A model generated the notes under the pieces. That model was not told the DNA's origin. It saw only the letters and a list, made by a program, of their open reading frames with translations, and did not search any database. The translations under genes and the position numbers were made by a program. A stretch of 63,849 nucleotides of DNA, filler included, from Octopus bimaculoides (taxonomy: Eukaryota), in the NCBI RefSeq assembly GCF_001194135.2. It is 5 parts of 5 records of this genome, joined end to end, with 100 filler letters (N's around TTAATTAATTAA, not from the genome) between each part and the next. Parts side by side here need not be neighbours in the genome. Positions count along the whole stretch, not along the records: positions 10,048 to 26,689 come from NC_068989.1; positions 26,790 to 47,743 come from NC_068987.1; 3 more parts are not named here. One strand, given 5' to 3'. Shown here piece by piece: positions 25,273 to 39,127 of this stretch. Every line of letters starts with the position of its first letter. Position 1 is the first letter of the stretch.

Positions 25273-26212
25273 TATGTATGTATGTATGTATATATGAATG
25301 TATGTATGTATGTGTGTGTGTATGTATGTGTGTGTGTGTGTGCGTGTATGTATGTATGTAAGTATGTATGTATGTATGTATGTATGTATGCATGCATGTA
25401 TGTATGTATGCACGTGTGTATGTATGTAAAAATGTTTCTACACATTTTTCTCTCTACTAATTTATAGTGAATTGATCAGCCCGACTCAAGAGCAGAAGAT
25501 ACATGCATGTATCGTGCGATAGGACCGACCATAGAAGCACAGTTTTGCGATGCTAACTACAACATATACTGATTCGAGAATTTGATCTCCCTGCTGGACA
25601 TTCTATCGATATCGTTGGATATTATTGATGAATATAAAGACAAAAAGAGAAATATTGATGGACACAAGAAAAGATTTAAAAACAAGTAAACTATTGATAT
25701 GCGTTAATTTGTCAGCGTAATCACGAATCACAGATGAAACTCTTAGACTTTTAGAGTTACATCCCTTAAATTAATTCGGCATTATTTTCAAGGGACGTAA
25801 CTCTTATTGTTTCCTTATAGGTAATTACGCGTGATCTATTATTATTTTTTTATGATATGCAAATTAAATATATATCTTTTATCTTTGACTTGTTTCCGCC
25901 ATAGGACTTCGTTCACGCTGGAGTACAGCCTTGAAGAGTTAGGTCGAACAAATCGACCGCAGTACTTATGTTTTTTTTAAAGTATTGTAATTATCCTATC
26001 GTTTTTCTTTTGCCGAACCGCTAAGTTACTAGGATGTAAACAAACCAAAGCCGGTTGTTAAGTGATGGAGAGAAAATACACACACACATACACACAAAGA
26101 CGCGCGTGTGTGTATATTTATATATGTATATATACCCGAGTAAGCACATAAATGTGAAACAAAATGGGAAAGAAATAGTACTCGAATACAGGAGGCAGAG
26201 CAATGTTCTTTA

Positions 26213-26405
26213 TTATTAAAGGTGCAAAAACATTACAAAAAAAAAAATCACAGAATACTGTTACTCAGAGTATCACGTTTCCGTTCGTCGGACAGTTGTG
26301 ATAAAAAAAAATTCTTGATCACGAGTGCCTGACCAACGGGATCGTGAAACTCTGAGTAACAGTTTTTTTGGTGATATTTTTGTAATGTTTTGGCAGTTTT
26401 AATAT
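26213..26405. mobile_element. foldback/MITE-like element
   Basis: aaaacattacaaaa..ctgttactcagagtatcacg versus cgtgaaactctgagtaacag..ttttgtaatgtttt. Confidence 0.7.
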
Positions 26406-26789
26406 ATGTATATATAAATTCAGTAGGGTTTATAATACCACTTACTAAAACCAGAGCCAATGCTCCCAAAACCACCATAATCTCACGCTAAAGATACATA
26501 TGAGCTATGTAATGAACATATGAGAAATAGGCAAGTGGGATTATATACCTTACTGAATCTAAATTTAATTTATATTGTGCCTGTAAAGGTGTGAACTTGC
26601 TTGCTACCTTATTATTACCTTATTAATACTATTAATAACGAAACAATAATTCTTCTACCTCTGGATATGCTTGTTGCTTATATATATATNNNNNNNNNNN
26701 NNNNNNNNNNNNNNNNNNNNNNNNNNNNNNNNNTTAATTAATTAANNNNNNNNNNNNNNNNNNNNNNNNNNNNNNNNNNNNNNNNNNNN

Positions 26790-28032
26790 CTGCATGTACA
26801 TATTTTGGACTCACAGTAAGTCTGAGAAAAACCAAGGTAATGTTTACCCCCACACCTGGACAAATATATACTGAACCAAACATCTTTGTGAACGGAACAA
26901 GATTAGAAGTCATTGACACCTTTGTTTACCTTGGAACCACACTGTCAAGGGATGGTGGTTTTGATGCAGAAATATACTATCGAATAGCGAAGGGAAGTGC
27001 TGCATTTGGAAAGCTTGAAAAGCGAGTATGGGCTGATAGAGATATCTCCCTGCAGACACAAATCAGCATCTACAAAGCGTGTGTATTGACTGAACTTCTT
27101 TATTCAGACGAAACATGGACCACTTACAAACGTCATGTAAAGATGCTAGAATGTTTCATCAAAAGTGTCTAAGACGCATCCTAGGAGTAAAATGGAAGAG
27201 TTTCGTAGCAGATACAGAGGTCCTGCGCAGGGCGCACTGTAGCTCAATTGAAAAACATATTATCCTGGCCCAAATGAGATGGACTGGGCATGTAATTAGA
27301 ATGAAGGATGATCGTTTGCCGAAGCGCTTATTTTATGGTGAGCTCAGCTCTGGTGAGCGACCGCGGCAGAAACCGAGAAAGAGGTATAAAGATTGCATTA
27401 AACAGAACCTAAAAAAACTAGATATGTATGAAAGTGATTGGGAAGGAGATGTTCTGGATCGAAGCAAGTGGAGAGCTGTAGTCAGGACAAGCTGTGATGT
27501 CTGGGAGGAAAAGATGTTTCAGGAACTTGAGCTTAAGCGGGCCTGTCGAAAGGGAAAAATTGTAAACAGTGGAGAGTATAGGATATGTATTGTGTGCGAT
27601 CGCGTTCTTCTGTCAAAAACAGGATATGTGAATCACATGAACACACATGAGGGTAGAAATTCCAGACACCCTAAATACCAACCGCCTTCTGCGACCTGTG
27701 GCATATGTCACTAGGTTTGTAAAACAATATCCGGACTTAAGAGACATATGCTGGTTCACAGAAGCGNNNNNNNNNNNNNNNNNNNNNNNNNNNNNNNNNN
27801 NNNNNNNNNNNNNNNNNNNNNNNNNNNNNNNNNNNNNNNNNNNNNNNNNNNNNNNNNNNNNNNNNNNNNNNNNNGAGGCCTGAGCATTTGTCATCTGTGC
27901 TGTAGACCTTGTCGCTCAGCAGCCTGACTTCAAAGTCACTTGAGGGCTCACCAACGGAGTGATTGTACTGCGTGATGATATGTGTGGATTGTTGATGGGA
28001 TGGCTATCGTCTGTCAAGATGGAGCAGTCGTC

Positions 28033-28045
<13 letters not shown>
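26790..28045 (+). mobile_element. RTE-clade LINE 3' portion (RT C-terminus, two C2H2 fingers, 3'UTR), inactivated
   Basis: ACTYFGLTVSLRKTKVM, FVYLGTTLSRDG, ETWTTYKRH, HQKCLRRILGVKW, MRWTGHVIRM..RLPKRLFYGEL..G.RPRQKPRKRYKD; 1-nt frameshift near 27151; TAG at 27712-27714; 3'UTR after the gap ends in (TA)n. Confidence 0.92.
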
Positions 28046-28107
<62 letters not shown>

Positions 28108-30137
28108 TGTGTGTGTGTATTTGCTATATGGAGTAGAATCCGTTTGTGTTAGATTAAAATATTCATCATGCACTACACATAAAGTCAATACTACGTTGAA
28201 AGTCAACTTAATTCAGTTTTCATCCAGAGATAACATCTCTTGTGGACGTTATTTCTTTAAAAACATCATATATATTGGAATGAGACAAAACCCATCATCC
28301 TAGCATCAGCTAACAAAAAGGTCAGTTGCTTTTCCCTGTATCTGGGTCTTATCAATAACTGCCCGTGTCGTGCTTAGAAGTGATTAGTCGGAGGTGAGCT
28401 ATTTCATCTAGTCATATAACTGGTCATGCATACACAGTATTGGTGAGACCCATCTAAACTGAAATGCTTCTGGCCTACTTACTTGCGACTACTGTTTCTG
28501 AAGTTTTTTGGTATGACTATCCTCTTTGAGTGTAACATTATTGAACGTCTTAGCGACAATATCATGTGACATGGGAAAATATTGTCTTGCGGACACATTT
28601 CGGTAGCTATAATCGCCTCTTTCTATTATGATGCGGATATTTAGAAGCACCTGTATCGCTTTTATTGATCCGGTATTTAATGCCTATCTCGTATTCTGAG
28701 ATTGCGAATGAATAGAATTCTACATAAAATGAAATGAACCAGCTAGAGGTGCACGAAAGGATAGTATCCTTATGTATGTTATTGACACTCTCAAGTTTGC
28801 AAATTATGAGCCTATGCGCAACTACTTTCTACTGCATGGTAGGTATTTCTCACACTCTTGTTCATATATAGCAGCTGTAACTTGCTCAAGAATTTTTCAC
28901 GTAATCTTACAATGTTATTTTCACTATACATTCGGTCTACTCGTTTCTCTTTTTACCTTTCAATATATGTTGTCTCAGTGACACAATGTGGTACTTAAAA
29001 TCCATCTGGACTGATTTCTGCCGACGATAGCACTGAGAACGTCATTACAAACACACGAATTTAATGGTAACGATATATATTTTTCTTTGGCACATTGTAT
29101 CGTAAGTGAAGGCTTCTTTGTGATAGACATCTTATGAAAAAAACGGAGATGTAAAATATTAGGTTTTCATCAATGATTATGTGGAAGGAATGGTTAAAAA
29201 TGCTTAAAACCCTTGAGTGTTTTTGATCCACTAAGAAAGCGGCAGCACGTAAAGTGCTGCATTTTAAAATGTTTTTTATCTTTAATGGTATGATTTGATT
29301 TCTATTCATAACTTCTCCATGAATATCTTTGTCCTACATTTCTATCGTTGGTTAATCATAATATAACAGTTTAAACTGTAAAAGAATTGAACAAAATTTC
29401 TGTCTGCGATCATGAAATTCCTTTACGTATTGTGACATCTGGATGAGTTTAAACATCACTATCAATTCATAAATGAGTATTTTTATCAATAGGTCATATT
29501 AAATAATCATATTAGTCTACATCGCAGAGGATGAGTTTGGTTTATGTGCAAACTGAAAATTATAAAATTTTCGCATTCTCTCAATTTCATCAATTCAGGT
29601 CACATAACTATAAATCAGAAAGATGAAAGAAAGTTGATCACATGAGATGAAATTTGGATGTAAAGAGTGATTATATTAGGATGATAGTTATCCTATATCA
29701 AAATCTCGTTACATTGCTGAAATCATCAAATGTTTCCGTAAATCTTATATTTGTAGATTATTTCAAAAATTGATTAAATTCATGCGAAAGTACAAACACC
29801 TTGAAAAACTATCGTGCGTGAATAGAAGAAATTATGCTAAATACATTTAACGTTTTATTCATTTACGATAGCATTCCATATCTAAGCACATGATATGTTT
29901 TTACAAAAATAATTCATGTTGGCAATTATCAGACAGAGGGAAAATAAATAAAGCTATTTAGTTAAATCCATTAGTTTTATCAATCGTCTTCCTTTCTGAA
30001 ATATTAGTAAAGCCGTTATCATATATTAGGTATTTAAAATTTGGAACACTTTGGATATATCAATTGAGACTATCTTCATTATATCAGCTTACAATTTTAG
30101 GAATGAAAAAGGCAGTGGAAATTTTGTTCACACACAC

Positions 30138-30191
<54 letters not shown>

Positions 30192-30445
30192 GCACGCACG
30201 CACGCACGCACAAACATATAAACTATTTACTATTGTTAAATAAAGTATTGAAAGACAATAAACGATTTACTGATTGTGGGATTCTGTGCATAAAATAAGC
30301 TTATCATTTCTTTAAAATATTGATATCAATGAGACACAAAGTTTCACAACTAAATTCTCATTTAGCTCTGCTGAATTTGTGTAAACTGGTTAACCAAATA
30401 TAAGCGAAACTGACGACGCAGTCAAATCGATGCAATCCCTATAAC

Positions 30446-30477
<32 letters not shown>

Positions 30478-30770
30478 GTTAATCCGTGTTAATGGATTTA
30501 GGTCTGGCTGGCTTATTTAGGACATACAGTCGTATAATGTATAAAGTAAAACTAAATAATTACATTACGTACGTTTCAGTTTATTGCGCAGTAGAATAAA
30601 ACGTAATTACTTCTCTGCAAAATCTACCTCAGTTACAACACAAGAAAATATGTGCAAATCGATGTAATTCACTCTCTATATACGTCCAGGAATGTTTAAG
30701 TCTCCTATTACTATTCTATAAGTGTGTGAGTGTGAGTTTGTAAATATGTATGTGTGCATATATCTCTCTA

Positions 30771-30805
<35 letters not shown>

Positions 30806-31007
30806 NNNNNNNNNNNNNNNNNNNNNNNNNNNNNNNNNNNNNNNNNNNNNNNNNNNNNNNNNNNNNNNNNNNNNNNNNNNNNNNNNNNNNNNNNNNNNNN
30901 NNNNNNNNNNNNNNNNNNNNNNNNNNNNNNNNNNNNNNNNNNNNNNNNNNNNNNNNNNNNNNNNNNNNNNNNNNNNNNNNNNNNNNNNNNNNNNNNNNNN
31001 NNNTATA

Positions 31008-31164
31008 TAGGCGTAGGAGTGGCTGTGTGGTAAGTAGCTTGCTTACCAATCACATGGTCCTGGGTTCAGGCCCACTAAGTGGAATCTTGGGCAAGTGTCT
31101 TCTACTATAGCCTCGGGCCGACCAAAGCCTTGTGAGTGGATTTGGTAGACGGAAACTGAAAGAA
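31008..31164 (+). mobile_element. SINE family E
   Basis: taggcgtaggagtggctgtgtggtaag...gtggatttggtagacggaaactgaaagaa. Confidence 0.85.
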
Positions 31165-31283
31165 ACTGCAATCGATCTTAGCAAAATTAGAATTCGGAAC
31201 GTAAAGACGGATGAAATATCGCTAAGCATTTTACACGGTATGCTAAACATGCTACCAGTTTACCGTCTTGAAAGTGTACAACG

Positions 31284-31316
<33 letters not shown>

Positions 31317-31398
31317 GCTACTACTACTACTACTACAACTACTACTACTACTGCTGCTGCTACTAACAATAATAATATTAATAATAATAATAATAAGG

Positions 31399-31440
<42 letters not shown>

Positions 31441-31443
<3 letters not shown>

Positions 31444-31980
31444 GCCCGGATGTAGTACCAGGCAGTGGCTCTCATGGCTTCTGATCTTAACTAATTTGAA
31501 GTGTTATGTACATTGTTTTGTCTTGGTATAAAAAAAATGAGCTACAGCAAATATTCTCCTTAATACCACAGATTTGCTTGTCAGTTGTTTGACCTTAACC
31601 AGTTGAGCATGTCGCATGGTGGCTGACGATATGTGCATCTCTGATTATGAGCAGAAGTAGTGGGGGAACATGATAGCCATGTGTTGAAAGGAATTCTTTG
31701 GGGTTTGAATAATTAACGTTTGGAAACATGGGTGTTTTGCTCAACATCTTTAAACAAACCTTATTCAGGGACCTTTTGAGCGGGATGGGTTACTCGACCT
31801 GAAGAAAATTCTAACTGGGCTCCCACCTGCAAAGTCATGTGCTGTTTATCACGCGCACATATGGTTGTGATGCATGTGCTTGGTGTACCCTTATCAGACG
31901 AGTAGTCATGATGGGTATAATGGGCTTCGTATATTTTACCCCAGTGTCACTTTGATGGCATGCACCCCTCTCTCAATCAA
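31441..31980 (+). mobile_element. unclassified ~540 bp non-coding element X, apparently full length, flanked on both sides by (AAT)n
   Basis: Homologous copies at 40731-41210, 43048-43218, 44740-45101 and 60218-60257; no ORF. Confidence 0.75.
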
Positions 31981-31997
31981 TAATAATAATAATAATG

Positions 31998-32037
<40 letters not shown>

Positions 32038-32057
32038 TAATAATAATAATAATAATA

Positions 32058-32573
32058 GACTTGACAAAGCAAAAAAAGTGGTACGAACATAAACCCGAAG
32101 GATTCATCAAAAATGATAATGCAAAGAGCTTATGGGATTTTATGATTCAGTGTGAGCATGAGATAGAGAATAAGAAACTAGACATAGTCTTAGTTGAGAA
32201 AGAAAACAAATTATACTGGATCATAGATATAGCATGCCCAGCTGACAACAAGGTATGCGAAAAGGAAGAAAGAAAAGTTGAGTGATATGACAGGTTTGCT
32301 TGGGAGGTTAAGCAGTTGTGGTCGAGGAAAAAAATGGTGGTCGTACCAATAATTGTCGGAGCCCTAGGAGCAGTGAGTAAAAATTTTGAGAAATACATAG
32401 AACAAATAAGGGCTGCAATAATGGTGGAGCACTTGCAGAAATTAACACAGCTTGGAACCGCTGGAATACTCCAGAAGGTGCTCGAAAATAAGGGGTGTTA
32501 TCTTAGTTCATTGGTAGTGAACAGCTGACACCGCAGTACATCTCCAGCGTTAGAAGCTGTACAAAGACAATAA
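32058..32573 (+). mobile_element. R4/Dong-like 3' fragment encoding the restriction-like endonuclease
   Basis: KWYEHKPEG..LWDFMIQCEHEIENKKLDIVLV..WIIDIACPAD..KVE*YDRFAWEVKQLW..VVPIIVGALG (PD..D RLE motif, P mutated); starts directly after (AAT)n. Confidence 0.88.
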
Positions 32574-33210
32574 CGTGACCCGCGCTTGAAATTCCATTTA
32601 GGCCAATTTCTTTCATACGTACCGAAGTACTGCTTCTCAAACGAATACATTGCACTTAAAAGCAGTCCCCTTCTTCGATTTTTAAACCTTACATTTACTT
32701 TTGTTTCCATCATACTTTTCCTTCCATCTATTTGTCTGTTCATTACTTTATTTTATGTTACATTTTGTACCACACGGTTTATTTACTTAAATACTACGGG
32801 TTGGTCAACCAATATTTTAAGAAAGCAAATCTTTTTCATGAAGAAAATATTTATTATAAATATTTATTATTTTATCTCTTCTTTTTTATTATAGTATTTC
32901 ATTATTCTAATGTATTTATTTATTATACTCTTTCTTTGAATGAGTATTAATCTACGTTCATTGAATCCTTAAATCAATACGTATGTATATAGTATTCTGC
33001 GGATATATAACGAAGCTACTTATTATTTGTAGCAGAATTAAACCACCATGAGAGGTTTTGAAAGTGGTCCATTAGTTATGTAACAGCACAGTTATATAAA
33101 TGTGTGTGTGTGCGACAGAGTGTGAGAGAGAGAGAGTGTGTGTTTGTGCATGTATGTGTGTGTGTGATGGATGACATTACATCGACTATGTAGCTAACAA
33201 GGATACGAAA

Positions 33211-33286
<76 letters not shown>

Positions 33287-33590
33287 ATGTGTGTCCCTCC
33301 GAACTGGATATTTAGTCAGAATCTCCTTTCTCTCTCTGGTTCTCTATCTCTCCTTATTCAATATAACTTGGTCATTCGTAGAAATAAACATACATGTCCA
33401 CACACAGGATATAGAGGTGAACTTGACGTTGATAAACTAAATTTCGGCGTAAGGATTTATGTTCAGCCTTCATCACTTTGATTGTGTGTCAATAAATCAA
33501 TTTATCTAGCTGGTCGGCTGTCTGTTTGGCTGCATATCTGCCTGACTGCCTGACTCTGTGTCTGTCCGTCTCTCTCTTTATCTTTCACTC

Positions 33591-33645
<55 letters not shown>

Positions 33646-34426
33646 CTGTCTATGTTTCACAGTTCCTTCTAGTAAAGTATATAAAATATTTTCTCGATAT
33701 ATTCTCAGAAATTCTACGAAGCTCAACGAATATTGAGGACATGTATAGTCAACCATGTTGTAAATAGAATATACACTTCTAAAATAATTAAATACGATTC
33801 ACACACTCACACACATATATAACACACATATATATATTTATCTCTGTATATATATNNNNNNNNNNNNNNNNNNNNNNNNNNNNNNNNNNNNNNNNNNNNN
33901 NNNNNNNNNNNNNNNNNNNNNNNNNNNNNNNNNNNNNNNNNNNNNNNNNNNNNNNNNNNNNNNNNNNNNNNNNNNNNNNNNNNNNNNNNNNNNNNNNNNN
34001 NNNNNNNNNNNNNNNNNNNNNNNNNNNNNNNNNNNNNNNNNNNNNNNNNNNNNNNNNNNNNNNNNNNNNNNNNNNNNNNNNNNNNNNNNNNNNNNNNNNN
34101 NNNNNNNNNNNNNNNNNNNNNNNNNNNNNNNNNNNNNNNNNNNNNNNNNNNNNNNNNNNNNNNNNNNNNNNNNNNNNNNNNNNNNNNNNNNNNNNNNNNN
34201 NNNNNNNNNNNNNNNNNNNNNNNNNNNNNNNNNNNNNNNNNNNNNNNNNNNNNNNNNNNNNNNNNNNNNNNNNNNNNNNNNNNNNNNNNNNNNNNNNNNN
34301 NNNNNNNNNNNNNNNNNNNNNNNNNNNNNNNNNNNNNNNNNNNNNNNNNNNNNNNNNNNNNNNNNNNNNNNNNNNNNNNNNNNNNNNNNNNNNNNNNNNN
34401 NNNNNNNNNNNNNNNNNNNNNNNNNN

Positions 34427-34470
<44 letters not shown>

Positions 34471-37419
34471 TACATATGTCTGTGTGCGTTTGTGCATTCA
34501 CATATGTGTATATGTGGGGTTTGTATAAAACTACATAGGCAAGTGGTGGGAGATTTATTACCAAAAAACTCTTATAAACAATTCAGACACAACCTACACG
34601 TTGTTACTCACAGGCAGAACTACTTAAATATATAAGTGGCATTTTAAACGAAAATCGTCTTAACTACTAAGCGATCTGTTATCATAGTAGGGTCTTAATA
34701 GTACCTTCTTTTTTTTTTAGTTTTCATTGACATTTTATACAAACTGAAATTGTACAAATCTGGATTGTCTTTCTTAATCAATCAATTAGTGACATCTAGT
34801 GATAAATGTAAAGTCATTTTTTATGTGAAATCTTGTTTCTTGAAATCCTAACGAGAGTTATATTCGATTTAAAGCGATAATTAGTTTCGTCCTTATATAT
34901 TTGATTCCGGTAAATAATCAGGCACTGGGAATAGATAGGAAAGAAACAAATTCAATAAAAATACTAGATAGAAATAAATAACTAAATATATATATGAGTA
35001 AATAATGAAACTTCATTAAATGTAATCGATTATCCTGATAGACAGAGCTCTTAAAATTGATAGCGTGACGTTATCTGATCTGTTACGATTGGACTATGCG
35101 ATATAGTTGCCATGTATATGTTCGAGTGGTTTTGGTAGTGTTTGAGCGGATTCCAAATAAAGCTCTTTACAGAAACACATTTAGAAACAACTTGATGTAA
35201 AGACTTCATTTTCGAAATTACCTATTTTTACTGTTTTATTATTTATTATTTTATCCATTTTTAATTATCAGGTCTTGTTAGTCCACAATACGCCATTTCG
35301 ATACAACGTATTGACTCTAAGTCTCCTAAATCACGACCACGCTTGTCACAAAAAGATTGGGTGAACAACAGTGAGAGAAGAAATGAAGAAGCGAGAAAGA
35401 TAAAATTATATGTTTTATATAAAATATATAAAATATTCGAAACGCTATACTTCCTATATTTTCATATGCGTTTCTTCACAAATTTACAAAATCTAATCTA
35501 TAGCAAAATGTAATTATGTTCTGCTTAGAACAGTATGGTCTATTTCTTTGCTGTTCAAATGGATGATATTCAAATTGCAGTTTGTAAGAAGAAACGTATT
35601 CTGGGTTTTACTAGGCATAAAACTTCTGAGTGTATATGTCCTTCTCTGTGTGTGTATGGGAGACGGGTTAAGCGTGTGCCCAAATGACAGCATCATTCTT
35701 AATTCATATTCCACTCTCTATCATTGAGTGCATCGGAAAGGTGAAGGGTCATTGGAAACCAGATTAATGGTGTTAGCCTATTAGACGGATTAACGAAACG
35801 ATTGAAGCTTAATTCGTATTCAGACAGAAAATGTGGTCTCTTAACAAAAGAGAATAAACGCTAATAAACAATACTTACACACACATACAATACAAATATA
35901 CACATATCCACTCAAACACAGATATATATATGAGGAAGGAATGAAAGAATTAATTCCATATATAGAACAACCATGTAGTACTCAAAATATGAATAATATG
36001 AATATTATTGGCATCGATAGAAGACACAAATTTCAGGTAATCGATAAACAAATTTCCTTTACAACAGCGGAGAACTTAAGGCAACTCGTATAAAACCGTA
36101 TATATATATATACACAAACAAACGTATGTATATCTACACGTATATATGGTATATATAAGTGTGTGGGTATGTATTTAAGTGTAATGTGCGCCAGTATTTA
36201 TACATATATATATACACACCTGTACCTAAGTTCTCTCGTACGCCGCTTGAACGGCTTCACTTGACACAATTTAGGTCAGGTCAATTTTATCACCAAGAAA
36301 TCTCGTTTCTTTAGTATATCTTTGCTGTTTAACTTTTCTGTATCTTCCTTCCATTTTCATTTCATGATATTTCTGAGATTGTGAAGTAGATAACGCGCTG
36401 AATTAGCACTGAAGTAATATTTTTTATATTAAAAAAGACGTTTTATGTCAAATGAAAATCTAACAAGGAAGTCAAAAATTAAAATATAAAATCAATTTGA
36501 AAACGGATTGATTTCAGATTGAAACTGCACAAAACAGTATAATATATATGTAGCACCAGCCAAAAAAAAAAAAAAAAAAAAAAACACAAACGGGGAAAAA
36601 CAGAGCCTCTCTAACACTAAGATCTTGAATAAGTTTTAAACACACATCATTCATTCGGAGTTCCAAAAAGGAAGAATTTGAAATGTTCTCGTTTTTTTTA
36701 GACGTAAGATAAAACCTTAATTATTGCGCTGATAGAAAACATTAGGAAGTTTCTTTTCATTGAAATCGACTTTAAATATCGAATATCTAATCAAACAGTA
36801 TTTTGATATTCCAGCAATATGGAATGGCATGCACTTTAAATATGTAGTGGATATTTCTTCGTAATACAAAAGAGTATGGCGAAATTGCAAACCAGGACCT
36901 GAGAAAGAGGCTCAGCATTACGCCACAAGTGATTAAATTACAATTTTCAGTTCATTAAAACATTTTACACTGATCACACCGTTAATATCAAGAAAGGTAC
37001 AACGTGTGATCAATTCTAATCTAACGATGAAACATTATTGTTATACTGTAAGGTATTAGATGCCTGCTTGATCAACAGGGGTATCGTAACCGTAGACTAG
37101 ATAAATTATACAATTGTGGTAGCTGACAAAACTGACACCAAGGAAAGTAGTGCCTAACAAAATACATAGTTTATAAATGTTCTGTGAAAACGCATGTAAA
37201 ACATATATATAGCTCTCTTGCTATAAAATTTAAATAAAAGATATACAAACATATGTTATCCTTTAAATATGTAAAAGTGTGACATCATTAAGTTTATTTG
37301 GACCCTTATAATATCGAATATTTTATACAATGGCCAATAACAGAGAGCAAGTTTTTATTCTGTAACTAATATTTTTTTAATATATATAGATATATACATA
37401 CATGCATATAGATAGATAA

Positions 37420-37487
<68 letters not shown>

Positions 37488-37488
37488 A

Positions 37489-37630
37489 ACGACCTTCTTT
37501 CAAATTTCCTTCTACCAAATTCACTCACAAGGCTTTCGTCGGCCTGGCCTGAGGCTATAATAGAAAACACTTTCCCAAGTTGTCAGGCAGTGCGGCTGAA
37601 CCCGGGACCATGTGGTTTAGAAGCAAGCTG
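37489..37630 (-). mobile_element. SINE family E
   Basis: Reverse complement of the E head and core, next to (GATA)n. Confidence 0.8.
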
Positions 37631-39076
37631 TGGGTTAAAAAAAAGTTACATATGCAACTACGCTGTATGCATACATACATACATACATCCATAATACATC
37701 CATCCAACCATCCATCCATCCATCCATCCATCCAAATATTCATACATACATATATAGACAATGAAAGAAATACATGCATACACACACACATATATATATA
37801 CATATTTGTGCATCTGTATGTGGATATGTGTGTGTGTGTATGTGTTAATTCAGGACTTCAGTTCTATTAGAGAGATCAGCTGTGTGTGTGTTGGATATAT
37901 CGCGTATTTAGTCACACCTTCTCAAGGTTTTGAATGTTGACAGCAAATGCACCTAAACATCAGCAGGACACACTCCTTCCCCCCCCCAAAAAAATACGAA
38001 TGAACAGACTCTGTAGGTAAACCGCAACAAAGCAAGACTGCCGCAAGCCAAATGTTATGGCAGCAATATAAGTACTTGCCATCTTTGTCCGACGCTTCAG
38101 GGATGATAATGGAAATTTCTCAGTTGACATAAAATTGTAGGAGTCTTTCAGGACCACTATTTCGTACTAACAGATGAAAAATTACAAAATACTGAGATGT
38201 GTGATGCAGTATATATTTTCTTAGTCGCTTTGAAGCGGAATTCACCTTGTTCTGGGATTTTCGCCCCATCCTGTATTATCCTATCAATGATATGCATTTG
38301 TATCAGATTGCTGGTCGTTCTGTATGGACTAAAACCTGTAGAGGTATTTAGAGTGAAAATTTTCTTGGCCTCCAATTCATTTTCTCCTCTTCCAAGTGTC
38401 TTGCTTACTTTCTAGTGGGTCTAGATCAAATTTTTTGGCAACACCAGCACATGGAGTTTTAGCCTTCTTTTCCTGCTGTTACATATGTTGTTATTCTTGC
38501 TCTTGTCATTGTGGTGGTAGTGTTTCTATATCTACGATTATAGTAACTGTGACAATGACCTCTCTCTCTCGTGTTGATGTAATGGGAGGCGGGGTTATCC
38601 CACTAGTATCTCCCAGTGTGTTATCCGTATCAATCCTACTTGCACTGCACATACTGTCAGATGCTTTTGTCTTTTATTTGTTGTTGCAGCTGCAGCCGAT
38701 GCCGTTGCTGCTCTTGCACCTTGTTGCAGCGTCATTTGTGCCTGTTGTTGAGGATGATGTCTGCGAACGACACTTTTCAAACTACCTCCAACTTCTTTCA
38801 GTTGTTAACTGATCATAAAATGCAAATGTGTGGGAAGTCTTTGCAAACAGTTTGCTTTGCCGTGAAAAAAAAATTCTGTTTTAAAACTTTGCACGCAGGT
38901 CGTCCATTGTAGATCTTTTTTTTATCTCGATAACAATGAAAAATTATAAAATCAACGAAAGCATTACTCCAAAAAGTAAAAGAAGTCACAAATTCAAGGA
39001 GCTTTCAAAACAGGATCAGCCTTATCGAAGAACAGCAGCAACAACAGAGCAATAATAATAATAATAATGATAATAA

Positions 39077-39117
<41 letters not shown>

Positions 39118-39127
39118 GTAATACTAA

